Assembly (NCBI RefSeq): GCF_006345805.1
Contig: NC_043004.1
Coordinates: forward strand, 18,786,001-18,850,000
Length of the DNA stretch: 64,000 nt
Origin: Octopus sinensis
Taxonomy: Eukaryota
Direction: 5' to 3'
The translations under genes were made by a program, and so were the position numbers. The notes beneath the pieces were generated by a model that searched no databases, was not told the origin of the DNA, and worked only from the letters and a program-made list of their open reading frames with translations. Every line of letters begins with the position of its first letter. Positions within the stretch are counted from its first letter, which is position 1. Shown here one piece after another: positions 50,183 through 63,299 of the stretch.

Positions 50183-52277
50183 TATTAGTGTTGTTGCTAT
50201 TGTTGTTGTTGTTGTTGTTGTTGTTGTTATTATTATTATTATTATCTTAGAAAGGAGCTGAATTTCATACCCTTGTATCTCTCACGTGCGTCTTCGACAT
50301 TCAGTATGTTAGTTCTTCCACTTTTTAGGAGATGAGTGATGCTGGCTATTCATTCTCATCCCTTGAAAAAGAATCGTGGCGTAGAATATCATGTAGAATC
50401 TCATTTGCACTTTTAATGTAAAATCTTGCATAACATATAAAAATAAGTTCAGTGACAGCAATGGTTCCACGTTCTGTATTCCCATATTTAATAATCTTAC
50501 TGCTTCAAGTAAAGAAGAAGCAGATTATATTCCTTTAAGGCACATTTGTTGGTGATTGTTTTCTTTGTTGCGTCTTCATTGTAACACAATGCTACCAGTT
50601 TTTCTATGGAAATGTGCTACCCTGAACACTTTTTGCGAATGGGCTTTTAAGTTTTTTTCCTTTTTCTTATTTTCAGGTTGCTGGACCTGTAAGTGAAGGT
50701 GCTTTCTTCAGAAGGACACCACACTAGGTTTCACAATATATTTCTTATTCTTTTTTACTCTTCCTTGGATACCAGAGAATGTTCATTCCAAAAGTTTGTA
50801 CTTATTGCAAACGTGATGCCTTTTGCTAAACGTTTTATAATCAGAGATGCAAGGACTCTGACCATCATCTTCTATTTAACTTTTTCAGATCATCTGGGAC
50901 TGGTCAGAGGAAGGAATTTAAAAAACCTATGACATTGCACATTACTTGCTACAAAATGTGCTCCGCTAAAAATAAAAACGACAAGATAGTGGCGCAGTAA
51001 CGGTAAGGGATTCAATATTTCACCCAAATTCAGAACACAAAGGACAGTAATTAATACCGCAAGATATTTTGTCCGACGCACTAACAAATTAGTCAATCCT
51101 TCGTTCAGGATTGGTTCTTCCTTTGATGAACACTGAACCGATAAAAAGCAATGTTGAACTTAGTATGAGTTGAACTTAGAGCGCCGTGACATTTTATGGC
51201 TCTGCTAACTGCGTTGATATATTTGCTGATATTTCTTTCATTGGCATTTATTTTGCTCTTGGTTTTGTTTCTCCTTTTCTTGTTACTGCAGCTGCTGTTA
51301 GTGGTTGAAAATGAGATTTTATTGTCATTATCCAGCCATAGGCCCAACCAATGGGACAGCATTTAGATCAGAAACATTCTAACTGAATGTTTTTTTTTAT
51401 CAAAGATGACTGAATGTGACTCTTCTAAAAAGAATTTTTGTCATAAATTTACGGACTCCAACGTCTGGCCATTTTTTGAGAAGCAAAGCTACCAGCAACT
51501 TGATAAATCATCACCAATGATTTAAAAATCTTCATACTATTTACCATGACGCTTATTATAACCTTAGATATATCTTGGTTTGCGTAACCTATTGATATTT
51601 ATTTACTTTTGCTCTTCTCTTGAAATATATAGTTCATTGTTCTCAATACTGATTTTTCATTGATTGCAATAACAGGGAAATTTCCTTCCTAAAAGAAAAC
51701 TCATGCGCTTGTGAAGACCATTTCTCAAGATTACAAAAATCGTTAGTCTGAAATTATGAATATCAATTAGTATTTTGACGGTTACTGCATCAAGCTCTCT
51801 CACTCAGCTTCACATATTGCTTCAACATTTTAAATTGAGCAACACATATTTTAGCTGCAAGCACTCCATTTAAAAGTAATTAATTTGAAATATTATCAAC
51901 TGTTTTTCTACTTTCCTTCAAGTTTTTGTTTTCTATAATCAATAAAATATTTAAACAATGAATTTAAGTATAATGCATACTCCAAAGTGTGAAAGCATCG
52001 GAAATTGACCTTGTAACTAAGTTCAAAGTATCATTAATAAAAAAGTAATAATATATTGAGATTTAATTTAAGAAACTAAATTCAATCCTAAATTTTACTC
52101 TTACAATTAAAATAGAAATCGCTCAGAGGTGTGATATCTATTTATCAGAAAGCCATCTACGTTTTTAGCGAAAAAGCTATGTGACCAATCAGAAAAGAAT
52201 TAGAAATAGGCAAACAAAAGTATAATAATATTATACACAGCAATTGTAATTATATGTACATATATATCTATATCTAA

Positions 52278-52463
<186 letters not shown>

Positions 52464-52466
<3 letters not shown>

Positions 52467-52772
52467 AAAATAAGTTACAAGGATATACAGAGGTAATGAA
52501 GTACGATCGTTTCATGCAACTCCATTTAATTGAACAATGCAATCATTACATCAACTTAAAATGCAGCGCAATCTTCAGCTGGACAAAAAATAGAATTTAA
52601 TTAAATTTGAAGGACACATTAGTATACTAATTTAATTAAATTCTATTCTTTGTACAGCTGAAGATTGCTCTACATTTTAAGTTGATGTAATGATTGCATT
52701 GTTCAATTAAATGGAGTTGCATGAAACGATAGTACTTCATTACCCCTGGATATCCTTGTTGCTTATTTTGAT
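52464..52772. mobile_element. Foldback/MITE: ~144-bp inverted arms with a ~21-nt loop
   Basis: ATCAAAATAAG..GGATAT..GGTAATGAAGTAC..AATTTAATTAAATT mirrored by AATTTAATTAAATT..GTACTTCATTACC..ATATCC..CTTATTTTGAT. Confidence 0.85.
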
Positions 52773-52923
52773 TTTAATCACCTTATTTTAAATAGTATGG
52801 ATAATATACTAAATTCTGGTGTCTCAACTTAAGTACCATATTCATCTGAATCTATATTTTTATCTATTTATCTATATAAATATCTATGTGTGTATATATA
52901 TATATAGCATATATATAAATAAC

Positions 52924-53000
52924 ATGTGACAATTATTCGGCATCCATGAGAAAACTCCGAGTTTCGGAGTTTTATCATGGCTACCGAATAATTGTCACAT
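52924..53000. repeat. 77-bp near-perfect palindrome
   Basis: ATGTGACAATTATTCGG-CATC-CATGAGAAAACTCCGA-GTT-TCGGAGTTTTATCATG-GCTA-CCGAATAATTGTCACAT. Confidence 0.9.
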
Positions 53001-53090
53001 ATTATATTCACAGATGAATTCCTCTATTTACATAATATCGAGCTCTCTTTCATTCTTTGTTGTCTTGCCATTTCTATTAATATATATATA

Positions 53091-53181
<91 letters not shown>

Positions 53182-53481
53182 TGTATGTATCTATGTATGT
53201 ATGTATGTATTCATCAAAATGGACAGTTATAATATTGGATATCTAGAGGAATTCGTTAATAGAGAATAGCAAACGCAGGTTCACCGTATACGGGCTTTTA
53301 ATACCTTTTGTATATACTTTTGTTAATGTACACACTCAAATAAGTGGAAAATCCCGAACCGACATTGAATATAATATACAAATACAGTGTTCCGCACACA
53401 CTCATACACGCTCACACATACGCACACATATACATATGTTTGTATACATATATATGTATATATATATATATTATATATATA

Positions 53482-53521
<40 letters not shown>

Positions 53522-53649
53522 TATATATAATATATATATATAGACGCGCAAACATGACAGAATTGAATAGACGACCTTATAATCATTAAAAGTTATCTAA
53601 ATCTGAAACTATACATTCAAATTATTTATTTATTGTTTATAACATAAAT

Positions 53650-54620
53650 ATTTAATATTTAGCAGGCGTGCTGTTTGCATTTTTCAATGCCAGCAGCCTA
53701 TTTGGTATGTAACCTATCAGATGACGAATATTCTCTTGCGGAATATGCAGTAATCTCAAAAGAGCTGGCTTTGAAGATGCTTTCTTGTTCTTTTTATGAA
53801 ATATCCTGTCTATTATATCCCATAGGTCTTCGATAGTCTTCATATCTGGTGACTGGCTTGGCCATGGAAGCCTTTCAATGCCATTCTCATCCAACAAATC
53901 TTGGGTCATTTTAGCCGTGTGACAATGTGCCTCATCATCCATAAATAGTCTTCATTAATCATTTCACCTCTGGAGGAAATTGAAAGGTGTTCTTTCAGCA
54001 ATATGGACACACATTTATATGAGTTTATGTTATCCTCATACTCCACCAGCTCTGATCAACCATTGCTGCAAATTGCACCCCAGACCATCACAGAATAGCT
54101 GCCGTGTTTCATTGTTGGCTTCAATCTTTTCACATCAAATTCTTGATCACAGAGTCTCCAGACCCACACCTCTGTTAGGATATATAGCAAATCTGGACTT
54201 AACAGAGAATATGAAAGTGTCCCAAAATGATTATGACCTCTCTACCATCTCAATGGCTCGATCATTTCTCCGCTTGATTTTGACTGGTAAGTAATGGCTT
54301 CCATCTTGCTATTCTGCCTCAGTAACCAAGTTTGTGGAGAAACCTAACAGCCGTTCTGTGACTGACTCCAACTTGTTCTGCTATGCGAGAGGCCTTGTAA
54401 CGAGGATTATCCTCCACACTTCTCTTAGCAAACAGATGGGCCCTGTCAGAAGGCCCTGGTTGATCTGGACGTGGTTATGTAGACTCCTTCCCCTCTCTGG
54501 TGCATTGCCCAATTACTCTATCAACAGTAGAAGACGGAATCCCGATGTTTTCTGCAATTCTACACAGAATGACCCATGATACAGCATCTTTGAAATTCAG
54601 ACAGTTCCAAGGCTTCTTTT
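53650..54620 (-). mobile_element. Degenerate Tc1-family transposase
   Basis: IAENIGIPSSTVDRVI (HTH), [47 protein letters not shown] (DD34E-type). Confidence 0.88.
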
Positions 54621-54750
54621 GTACATGGCATGATTTAATGTTTACATATAGAACCCGAAACATGAAAATGTCAATTAATAAAAAGTATAAACCTTTACAA
54701 GTTAGAATATACATAAAAAGATGTTTTATGGAGTGTTTATTTACTTCTGT

Positions 54751-54791
<41 letters not shown>

Positions 54792-55204
54792 GAAATCAAT
54801 GTAGACAGCAGTTTGCAATGTTTCACCGAATCGGAAAACTATAATCGTCACTAAATGTGATTAGGGTGTTAGAAACACCTACATTGCTAGAAATAAGAGC
54901 TAAAATGCTCTAATGCTGTTGTCAAAACACATAATCGTATACATATATACTGCCGAGGACTGTAATCGTTCGACTACACCGTTGGATTGTCAGTATAAGG
55001 AATTCTCGAAAGGGGTTTTCCGACGATTACAGTTCCTGTCAGTATATGTACATGTATACATATATATGTACATGTGTATATATGTGGGTTTACCTTCACA
55101 CACACATACATAACATTACTATACAGATATAATATACGCATTCAACAGATACATGTACGCACACACGGAAATCTTTACAGCTTATGCAGTATTGTCTGGT
55201 AAAT

Positions 55205-55525
55205 ATCTTCCTTTCTAACCACATCTTCCCGAGTTCAGTCCCACTGCGTGGTATCTTGGACAGGTGTATCTGCTATAGCTTCGGCCCCACTAAAGCCTTG
55301 TGTGGATTTGGTAGACGGAAACTCATCGAAGTTTGTCGTATATATATATGCAGATGTATGTGTGTGTCTGTATTTTTGCCACCACCATCACTTGACAACC
55401 GATAAAATAAGTAAAAGGCTTACAAAGAAGAAGTCCTGGGGTAGATTTCTTCGACTAAAACCTTTGAAGGCGGTGCTCCAGTAAGGTCGCAGTCAAATGA
55501 CTGAAACAAGCAAATAAAAAAAGTA
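55205..55525 (+). mobile_element. SINE family B copy
   Basis: GAGTTCAGTCCCACTGCGTGG..AAAGCCTTGTGTGGATTTGGTAGACGGAAAC..CAGTCAAATGACTGAAACAAG. Confidence 0.8.
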
Positions 55526-55699
55526 TATATATATATATATATATATTCTTATAGTTGAGGATGGTCATATTTTTGCCTGTTAAAAACACGCTCTATATAG
55601 ATTTGGTCTCCACTGCAGCGTTGTTGTTGTTGTTATGATTATTATTATTATTATTGTTATGTTAATTTCTGACAGAAACACAAACTTGAATATATTTCT

Positions 55700-55830
55700 T
55701 TACTACCCACAGGGGCTAAACATAGAGGAGACAAACAAGGAAAGACAAAGGGATTAAGTCGATTACATCGACCCAGTGTGAAACTGGTACTTTATTTATC
55801 GACCCCGAGAGGATGAGAGGCAAAGTCAAC
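55700..55830 (-). mobile_element. SINE family A 3' fragment
   Basis: TTTCTTTACTACCCACAGGGGCTAAACATAG..GGATTAAGTCGATTACATCGACCCAGTG. Confidence 0.75.
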
Positions 55831-55905
55831 AGTGTAATAAAGTGTGGTGGAAGAGGTCTCAGAATGTGTGACGAAACAGCTTTGACAAAGAAATTAATAA
55901 TAATA

Positions 55906-55961
<56 letters not shown>

Positions 55962-55984
55962 AATAATAATAATAAACAATAATA

Positions 55985-56500
55985 ATAAATGCCCTGATGC
56001 AGTACCAGGCAGTGGCTCCCATGGCTGCTGATCTTAACTGATTGGAGGTGTTATCATGTACATTGTTTTGTCTTGGTATAAAAGATGGGCTACTGCAAAT
56101 GTTCTGCTCAATACTTCAGATTTGCTTGTCAGTTGTTTGACTATAACCAGTTGACTATGTCCCTTAGTGGCTGACGACATGTGCATTTCTGATACAAGCA
56201 GAAATAGTGGGGGGGGGGCCGCTTCATAACCGTTTGGATAATTCACCTTTAGAAACATGGGTGGTTCGTTCAACATCCTTAAACAATCCTTATTCAGGGA
56301 TCTTTGGAGCAGGATGGGCTACCCGACCAGAAGAAAATTGTAACTGGGTCCCACCTGCAAGATCATGAGTTGTTTATCTTGATATGAGATCCCCATGTCG
56401 CGCACAAGTGGTTGTGATGCATGTGCTTTGTGTACCCTTATCGGACGGGTAGTCAAGATGGGTATACTGGGCTTCGTATATTTTACTGTTCTGTGCAAAT
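55985..56500 (-). repeat. Unclassified interspersed repeat ending in (AAT)n, possibly a retroposon
   Basis: Complex non-coding block abutting (GAT)n/(AAT)n; no coding motif seen. Confidence 0.3.
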
Positions 56501-56682
56501 TTAGGATATATAAATCTAGCTTCCTAACACGCTATCTTACGTTAAATTCAACTTACGTTGAAAGTCAACTAAGTTGGCTTTAGAAGCGTTGAGCTGTATT
56601 GAAAGATACCGATAAGGAAATAATTTTATTAGCATTACCTTGTGTTTCAGAATAAGATTATTTTCTTATCTGTACACACACG

Positions 56683-56785
<103 letters not shown>

Positions 56786-56819
56786 ATATGTATATATATT
56801 TATGCGTGTGTCTGTGTTT

Positions 56820-57015
56820 GTGTTCCTTCCTTAACCATCTCTTGGCAATCGGTATTGGCGTGTTTACGTCCCCGCAACATAGCTGTTCGGCAAAAGTGAC
56901 CGATAGAATAAATGTTAGGTTTAAAAAAAAAGTCTTGGGTTTGATTGGCTGACTAAAACCCTTTCAAGACCGTTCCGCAGAATGGCCGCTGTCAAATGAC
57001 TGAAACAAGTAAAGG
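56820..57015 (+). mobile_element. SINE family B 3' half
   Basis: TTTACGTCCCCG..GTTCGGCAAAAGTGACCGATAGAATAA..GTCAAATGACTGAAACAAGTAAA. Confidence 0.7.
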
Positions 57016-57082
57016 ATATATATATATATATATATCTATGTGTGTGTGTGTGTGTGTGTGTATATATCTATATATATATCCA

Positions 57083-57203
<121 letters not shown>

Positions 57204-57218
57204 CATACACAGATATCT

Positions 57219-58290
57219 ACAGTGAAACACCTGTATACGAACGTTCTCTATACGAACAAAAGGAATAATGAAGTGTTTTACCTGAAGAAAATTAAACTCG
57301 CATTATGGTCTGTAATTTGATCTAAGAACCAAGAGCAGACTACGAACGTGCATCAATGACTTGGAGCCCATTCATCTAAGTCTCCAAAATTAAACAAATT
57401 ATGAGTAAACTGTGTGCGCATATTAGTGTTGCTAGGAGAGCATATACGACCGCTACGCTAAATGAACAAATTGCTTAAAAAAACATTTTTTTTTTCCTGA
57501 GGGAAACTATATTCAGCCAGCATGCTGAAATTTGATCAACAAACTGCGAGTTATCTGCACACGCATAGAAATAGATGGAAATGCCTGTACGAAAGGTTTA
57601 TTAATGCGCATGTATACATTTTATGTAACTTGAAAATTATATTTTTATATATCTCACATTTTATCCTAAAAACATAACCGTGGCTGGACAGAAGCGAGTG
57701 AGCACCTCAATTGCCATAGAAACTAAGTAGGAAATATTATGTAAACATAATGGAACAAGTGTTAACAACCTTTCACAACCTTTAATCGCGATACTGAAAG
57801 GCAAAAATCAACATTCTGCTCATACTGATAAACAAATATATAAAGTAAAACGTGTTCAAATAACTAAGAAGGGAATTAACAAACGTTGTAAATCAACAAT
57901 TACGTTTGTTGTAACATGCAATTTCTATATTTTAATGTAAATTAAACGATAATTTGTGTAAACACCAAACAATTCTTTGATGATTTTAGAGTGAATTCTC
58001 CCGCTAGAAATGCAACTTCAGTGCATGATGTTCTAACTTCAAGGGGCAAGATTCCGGAAAAGAAATGGATTACATAGTCCTATGAAGTATGGTGAGTCAC
58101 TAGTGCAGACCATTAAGCAACTTGTGAGTACCACGTGTTGTTTTTAAACATTATTGAGAAGGGTGGCTTCATTTCATAGTAGGTTTCCAACAGTGACAAA
58201 ATGGAGCTATTTGGGAAAAGATGTTTTGTGCTTGCCGTTGAAAGACCGGATACCTTTACGTCTTTGTGCGAATACTTCTGGGGACTGTGA
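57219..58290 (+). mobile_element. Tigger/pogo-like DNA transposon relic
   Basis: TACAGTGAAACACCTGTATACGAAC terminus; IIEKGGFIS..VSNSDKMELFGKR resembles the pogo IIEEGGY..QVFN.DETGLFWK motif. Confidence 0.5.
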
Positions 58291-58599
58291 AATAAAAACT
58301 TAGGTGTTGTTCTTAGATTTTAAATGAATATGAGTTCTTTGGGCTATAGAAATCCTGAACATTCCTGCTCCATTAACGATAGCATTGAGCGTTACAATAT
58401 CCCACTTTGTGTGTAGGATATTTTTGGCATGATAAGATAAATTAGTGGTTTTATTGTTGCCTACATGCCGTAAGAGGAATGGTGTTTGGCACATATTTTA
58501 TTCTAGTCATTGTTATATAGACGACCAATATATTATTTCTGTTCAACAATTTCGTTATTTTGTAGAACTTATATATATATATTAATATATATAAACGAT

Positions 58600-58896
58600 A
58601 AACGTCGCCCTTTTCAAGCCTAGCCAGGCTCATGGGCCCGCTTTCCCGGTTTCTGTGGCGTATGTGTTCACCCAGCTGGACGGGACGCCAGTCCATCGCA
58701 GCGTTACTCAAGAAACAGGAAGAAAGATTGAGAGAAAGTTGTGACGAAAGAGTACAACAGGGGTCATCACCACCTCTGCCAGAGCCACGTGGAGCTTTCG
58801 CTCAATAAACACACACAACGCCCGGTCGGGGAATCGAAACCGCGATCCTCCAACCGCGAGTCCACTGCCCTAACCACTGGGCCATTGCGCCTCCAC
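58600..58896 (-). mobile_element. tRNA-derived SINE family C with V-domain-like core
   Basis: A box TGGCCCAGTGG, B box GGTTTCGATTCC, core GTAACGCTGCGATGGACTGGCGTCCCGTCCAG; a degraded relative of the core lies at ~10980-11010. Confidence 0.8.
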
Positions 58897-59044
58897 AAAA
58901 CACACACACACACACCACACACACACACACACATATATCTTTTGGCTTTTACTTGTTTCCATTAGACTGCAGCAATGCTAGGTCCCACCTTCATGTAATT
59001 TTAGTTGAATAAATTGACTACAGTATTTCTTATTTTGCAAAAGG

Positions 59045-59285
59045 TTGGTGCTTATACTATCGATCTCAGAGTTCCCGGGAAGTAAACGGATCAACACCGG
59101 TTCTCAAGCGGTGGCAGAGGACAAACAGAGATACAAAGACGTACACACATACACACGACGGTCTTCTTTCATTTTCGGTCTACTAAATCCACTCACAAGG
59201 CTTTGGTCCGGCAGAGGCTATTATAGGAACCGAACTCGGAACCTTCTAGTTGGAAAGCAAGCTTCTTGCCACAGAACCACCCTTG
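59045..59285 (-). mobile_element. SINE family B-related fragment
   Basis: AAATCCACTCACAAGGCTTTGGTCCGG..GCTATTATAG. Confidence 0.55.
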
Positions 59286-59348
59286 AATGTACACACATAA
59301 ATATATATTTATATATGTATATGTATGTATCTATCTATATACTTTTCC

Positions 59349-59393
<45 letters not shown>

Positions 59394-59559
59394 TGTGTAT
59401 GCGTGTGTGTATATATATATATATGTATGTATATAAATATATATATATTTATACATACACTCACACACACAAACAATCTCTCTCTCTCTCTCCTTCACAC
59501 ACACACATATACATACATATGCATATATATTGTCACTAGCGATCTCAAGATATAACTTT

Positions 59560-60270
59560 GTATTTTCTGTGTGTGCATGTGTATACGTGCGTGTATGTAT
59601 ATGTGTGTGAGCGTGAGAGAGAGAGAAGGGGCGGGATGGCTCGTGTGGGAGCGTTGGTGTAGCCATGCGAGTGGTTTTTTATGTGAGTGCACATGAGCAT
59701 GTGTGCGAGGTGGCGTGTGTGTGTACGTGTGTGGGAGTATATATGGGAGTGCGTATATATGTGCGTATGAGCGGGCGGGCAGCTGTGTGTACGTGTGTGG
59801 GCGTATAGATATGTGCGTATGAATGTGTGTGCGTGTGTTGTACGTATGAATGTGAGGGTGTACGAGGTCGTGTGTGTGGATTTGTATATGTGTGTGCGTG
59901 TGTATGAGCACGCACGTCTGTGTGTAGTGTGTAATGAGGTGTGAGGGGTGAGATGACAAGTGTGTGAATTCGTCGGTATGTGTTTGTGTGTGCTTATGAC
60001 TGTATGCATATGTGCGTATGAGTGTGGGTAAGGGCCTCTATGTGGGTGGGTGTTTATGGCAGTTCGTTTATGTGTATGAGTGTGTGTGAGGGCGTGTGCG
60101 GGTGTGTTTATGAGTATGTGTGTGCATGTGTGAATGTGTCTATATGTATATATGCGTATGAGTGTGTGTGAGGAGGAACTCTATGTTCGTGCATGTGTGC
60201 GGCCGTGTATGTGTGTGTATCAGAGTGTGTGTGAGGGCATGTGTGTGTTTATGTGTGTGTATATGTATAT
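59560..60270. repeat. Cryptic degenerate (TG)-rich simple sequence
   Basis: Imperfect TG/TA/CG dinucleotide mosaic; source of the H/T-rich ORFs. Confidence 0.85.
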
Positions 60271-60958
60271 ATATTTCTTTATTGCCCACAGGTGGCTAAA
60301 CATAGATGGAACAAACACGGACAAAGGGATTAAGTCGATTACATCGACCCCGGTGCGTAACTGGTACTTATTTAATCGACCCCGAAAAGATGAAAGGCAA
60401 AGTCGACCTCGGCGGAATTTGAACTCAGAACGTAGCGGCAGACGAAATACCTATTTCTTTACTACCCACAAGGGGCTAAACACAGAGAGGACAAACAAGG
60501 ACAGAAATACGGATTAAGTTGATTATATCGAACCCAGTGCGTAACTGGTACTTATTTAATCGACCCCGAAAGGATGAAAGGCAAAGTCGACCTCGGCGGA
60601 ATTTGAACTCAGAACGTAGCGGCAGGCGAAATACCTATTTCTTTACTACCCACAAGGGGCTAAACACAGAGAGGACAAACAAGGACAGAAATACGGATTA
60701 AGTTGATTATATCGACCCCAGTACGTAACTGGTACTTATTTAATCAACCCCGAAAGGATGAAAGGCAAAGTCGACCTCGGCGGAATTTGAACTCAGAACG
60801 TAGCGGCAGACGAAATACCTATTTCTTTACTACCCACAAGGGGCTAAACACAGAGAGGACAAACAAGGACAGACAAACGGATTAAGTCGATTATATCGAC
60901 CCCAGTGCGTAACTGCTAAGCATTTCGCTCGACATGCTAACGTTTCTGCCAGCTCGCC
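60271..60958 (-). mobile_element. SINE family A head plus tandem array (~3.5 units, period 184 bp)
   Basis: Units start near 60271, 60452, 60636 and 60817; track ORFs 60519 and 60703 are near-identical and 184 bp apart; head GGCGAGCTGGCAGAAACGTTAGCA at 60958. Confidence 0.92.
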
Positions 60959-62122
60959 GTATATATGTATATATGCGTGTGTGTATACGTGTATGTATGT
61001 ATTTTGGCGCATATGTGTGTATTATGTGTGTGTGCAGGCTTCTAGTTGTACATGTCCGAAAAAGTTAACGTGTATGTGTGTGCGGTAGTTGTTTGTTTAT
61101 AATGTGGTGGGGTTCATGTCATGAGTACTGGTGTGTGTGAGAAGAATAGAAATTTAAGAATCAGAGTCGAAAATAAAATAAAATAAATAAAAAATGAAAA
61201 TGAATTAAAATTTAGGAACTTGTTAGCTTGAAGAAAGGGATGCAGTGTGACATTCCAGCAAGCCAACTTTCTACTTATGTAATATCTAAGTTTTTATTGT
61301 TGAGAGATGAGTTCCCGCCTAGTACATTTAGTAAGAATGTTGAAGTGAACGATGTTTGTATTTCGGGCTCGTTTATAGGCCTTGTTTTATGGGTTTTGTT
61401 GTTCAGTGGTAGCATTGAAGGAATTTTGTGAACGAAGTTGATTGTGGTGAGTGATGTTGCGTTTGGCGATGGGTGTGTATATTAAGTGTTGCTGTATAGT
61501 GGCCGATGGCAGACTCTTGCATTTGAAGGCTTAGGCTGAGTTTTGTATTTTCCAGGTAGGTCAGTCAGGTCAATTGTGGGGACGTGCACCGTTACAGTGC
61601 GTTGCTGCATTCAACATTTGTCGGTATATTTCCGTCGATTAGAATTCTAGTCAGTCCCCATTTCCGCACGATACCTCCACATCTGCTGTGATTATGTAGC
61701 ATGTGGTCGACCAACAGAAGCCGTCAACCAAACCGGATCCTCTGTGAAAAGAACACGATAAGCAGAGTCTAACTCGGAAAATCGGGTAACGAGGCCAGAG
61801 AGTCTGAGCCGAATCATACAAAATCTTAGTTTCACCAGTGAATGCACTACAACTCGAGCCATTATTCAGCAAAGTATCCAATTGATGCAGTCATTGAGCA
61901 GAGTGGAGTCAGAAAATTTTGGTACAATTTAGGATTGAAGAAAGTACAGTTGTTGCCTTTTTGTGAATACATATTTAGGGTCAATGTCATGGACTTTTAT
62001 TTGAAAAGACAGTCTTTTCCCGTACACCAGGTGAACAAATGTCCTTTTGAAGTCTACTTCATGAGTGAAGATGCTTAATTCATTTAAAGCTTCCTATTTT
62101 CTCACAATTGTTTATAAATATA

Positions 62123-63299
62123 CGAGGTGGTATCAAAAGGTTCCTGGACTATTTCTGTAGCACGCCATCAGATAGTAGCACACGGTTGTGTGCAGAGTAA
62201 GGGCTACAAGTGACCTTCATAAGGCAGTAAGCCGAGTGACATCACCGTGTTTACTTCGCAAGTTGTGAAATTTGTGTTTTGTGACCACGTATATACTGTA
62301 GTTTGTGATTTCATCATGGACAGGAAGTTGGAACAAAAAGCAAACGCAAGATTTTGCGTTAAACTTGAGAAGTCTCCTACAGAGATATTGAGCAAGCTTC
62401 GGCAAGCTTACGGCGACGAGGCATTGGGTTCTTTCGAGTGGCACTGGTGCTTCAAAAGCGGAGGAACGTCCCTGGAAGACGATGTGCTATCGGGAAGACC
62501 AGCTACGTGCGTCACTCCCGAAAATGTGGAGAAAATTCATCAGCTTGTGCATGAGGTCAATTAATGACACTGCTGATGTTGGTCTGTCATATGGGTACGT
62601 GCAGGCAATCCTAACGTCTGAATTGAACATGCGGCTTGTCTTTGCCAAGTTTGTCCTCCGCCTGTTGATCACTGAGTAGAAAGAACATTGCGTCGAAGTC
62701 TGGCAAGATTTCCGTCAGCGTGCCGCTAATGTCCCATCCTTCATGTGGAGGATCATCACCGGTGACGAGAGATGGGTCTACGGGTACGACCATTAGACAA
62801 GGCAGCGGTCATCACAATGGAATAGCCTTTCATCTCCACGATCGAAGAAAACATGGCAGAACCACAGTTCAATCAAGAGCATGCTCATTGTGTTGTTTAC
62901 GATTTTCGCGGTATTGGGCATTGTGAGTTCTACCGCAACGTTTTGGTGCGTTTAAGGGAGGACATTCAGCGAAAGCGACCGGTTCTGTGGAGCGCAAAGA
63001 AATGGATTCTTCACGACGACAGTGTCCGTTATCTCTCCTTGCTTGAGAGTTTCTCACCAAAAACAACATGGTGTCGCTTTTGCACTCACCCTTTTCGTCA
63101 GATTTAGCGCCTGCGGGCTTCCATCTCTTCCTCAAGGAAAAGGCAGCTCAAATGTCACCCTTTTAGCACCGGATTCCAGAAGTGGCAGGATTTTTGCTGC
63201 GCACAGTAACTATTTCGAAAGAGATGATGTTAAAATGTAGGTAAATAAGTTATTTGTTATTAAAGGTAACTAGTCTGGAAACTTTTTGATACCACCTCG
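62123..63299 (+). mobile_element. Mariner element with 29-bp TIRs and TA TSD; transposase pseudogene
   Basis: TA|CGAGGTGGTATCAAAAGGTTCCTGGACTA ... TAGTCTGGAAACTTTTTGATACCACCTCG|TA; EQKANARFCVKL, SGRP, IITGDERWVYGYD. Confidence 0.93.

Noticed and set aside
50890-51362. GPCR-like hydrophobic ORFs on the minus strand
   Set aside because: Short, no DRY/NPxxY-type motifs, surrounded by stops.
58810-58896. Functional tRNA gene (also for the other SINE heads)
   Set aside because: A and B boxes are present, but no complete cloverleaf was evident and each head continues into a SINE body.
60271-60958. CRISPR-like array
   Set aside because: Units are contiguous SINE copies with no unique spacers, in a eukaryotic context.
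61250-62050. Possible PLE 5' ORF relic on the minus strand
   Set aside because: Only a vague compositional resemblance; no diagnostic motif could be read.
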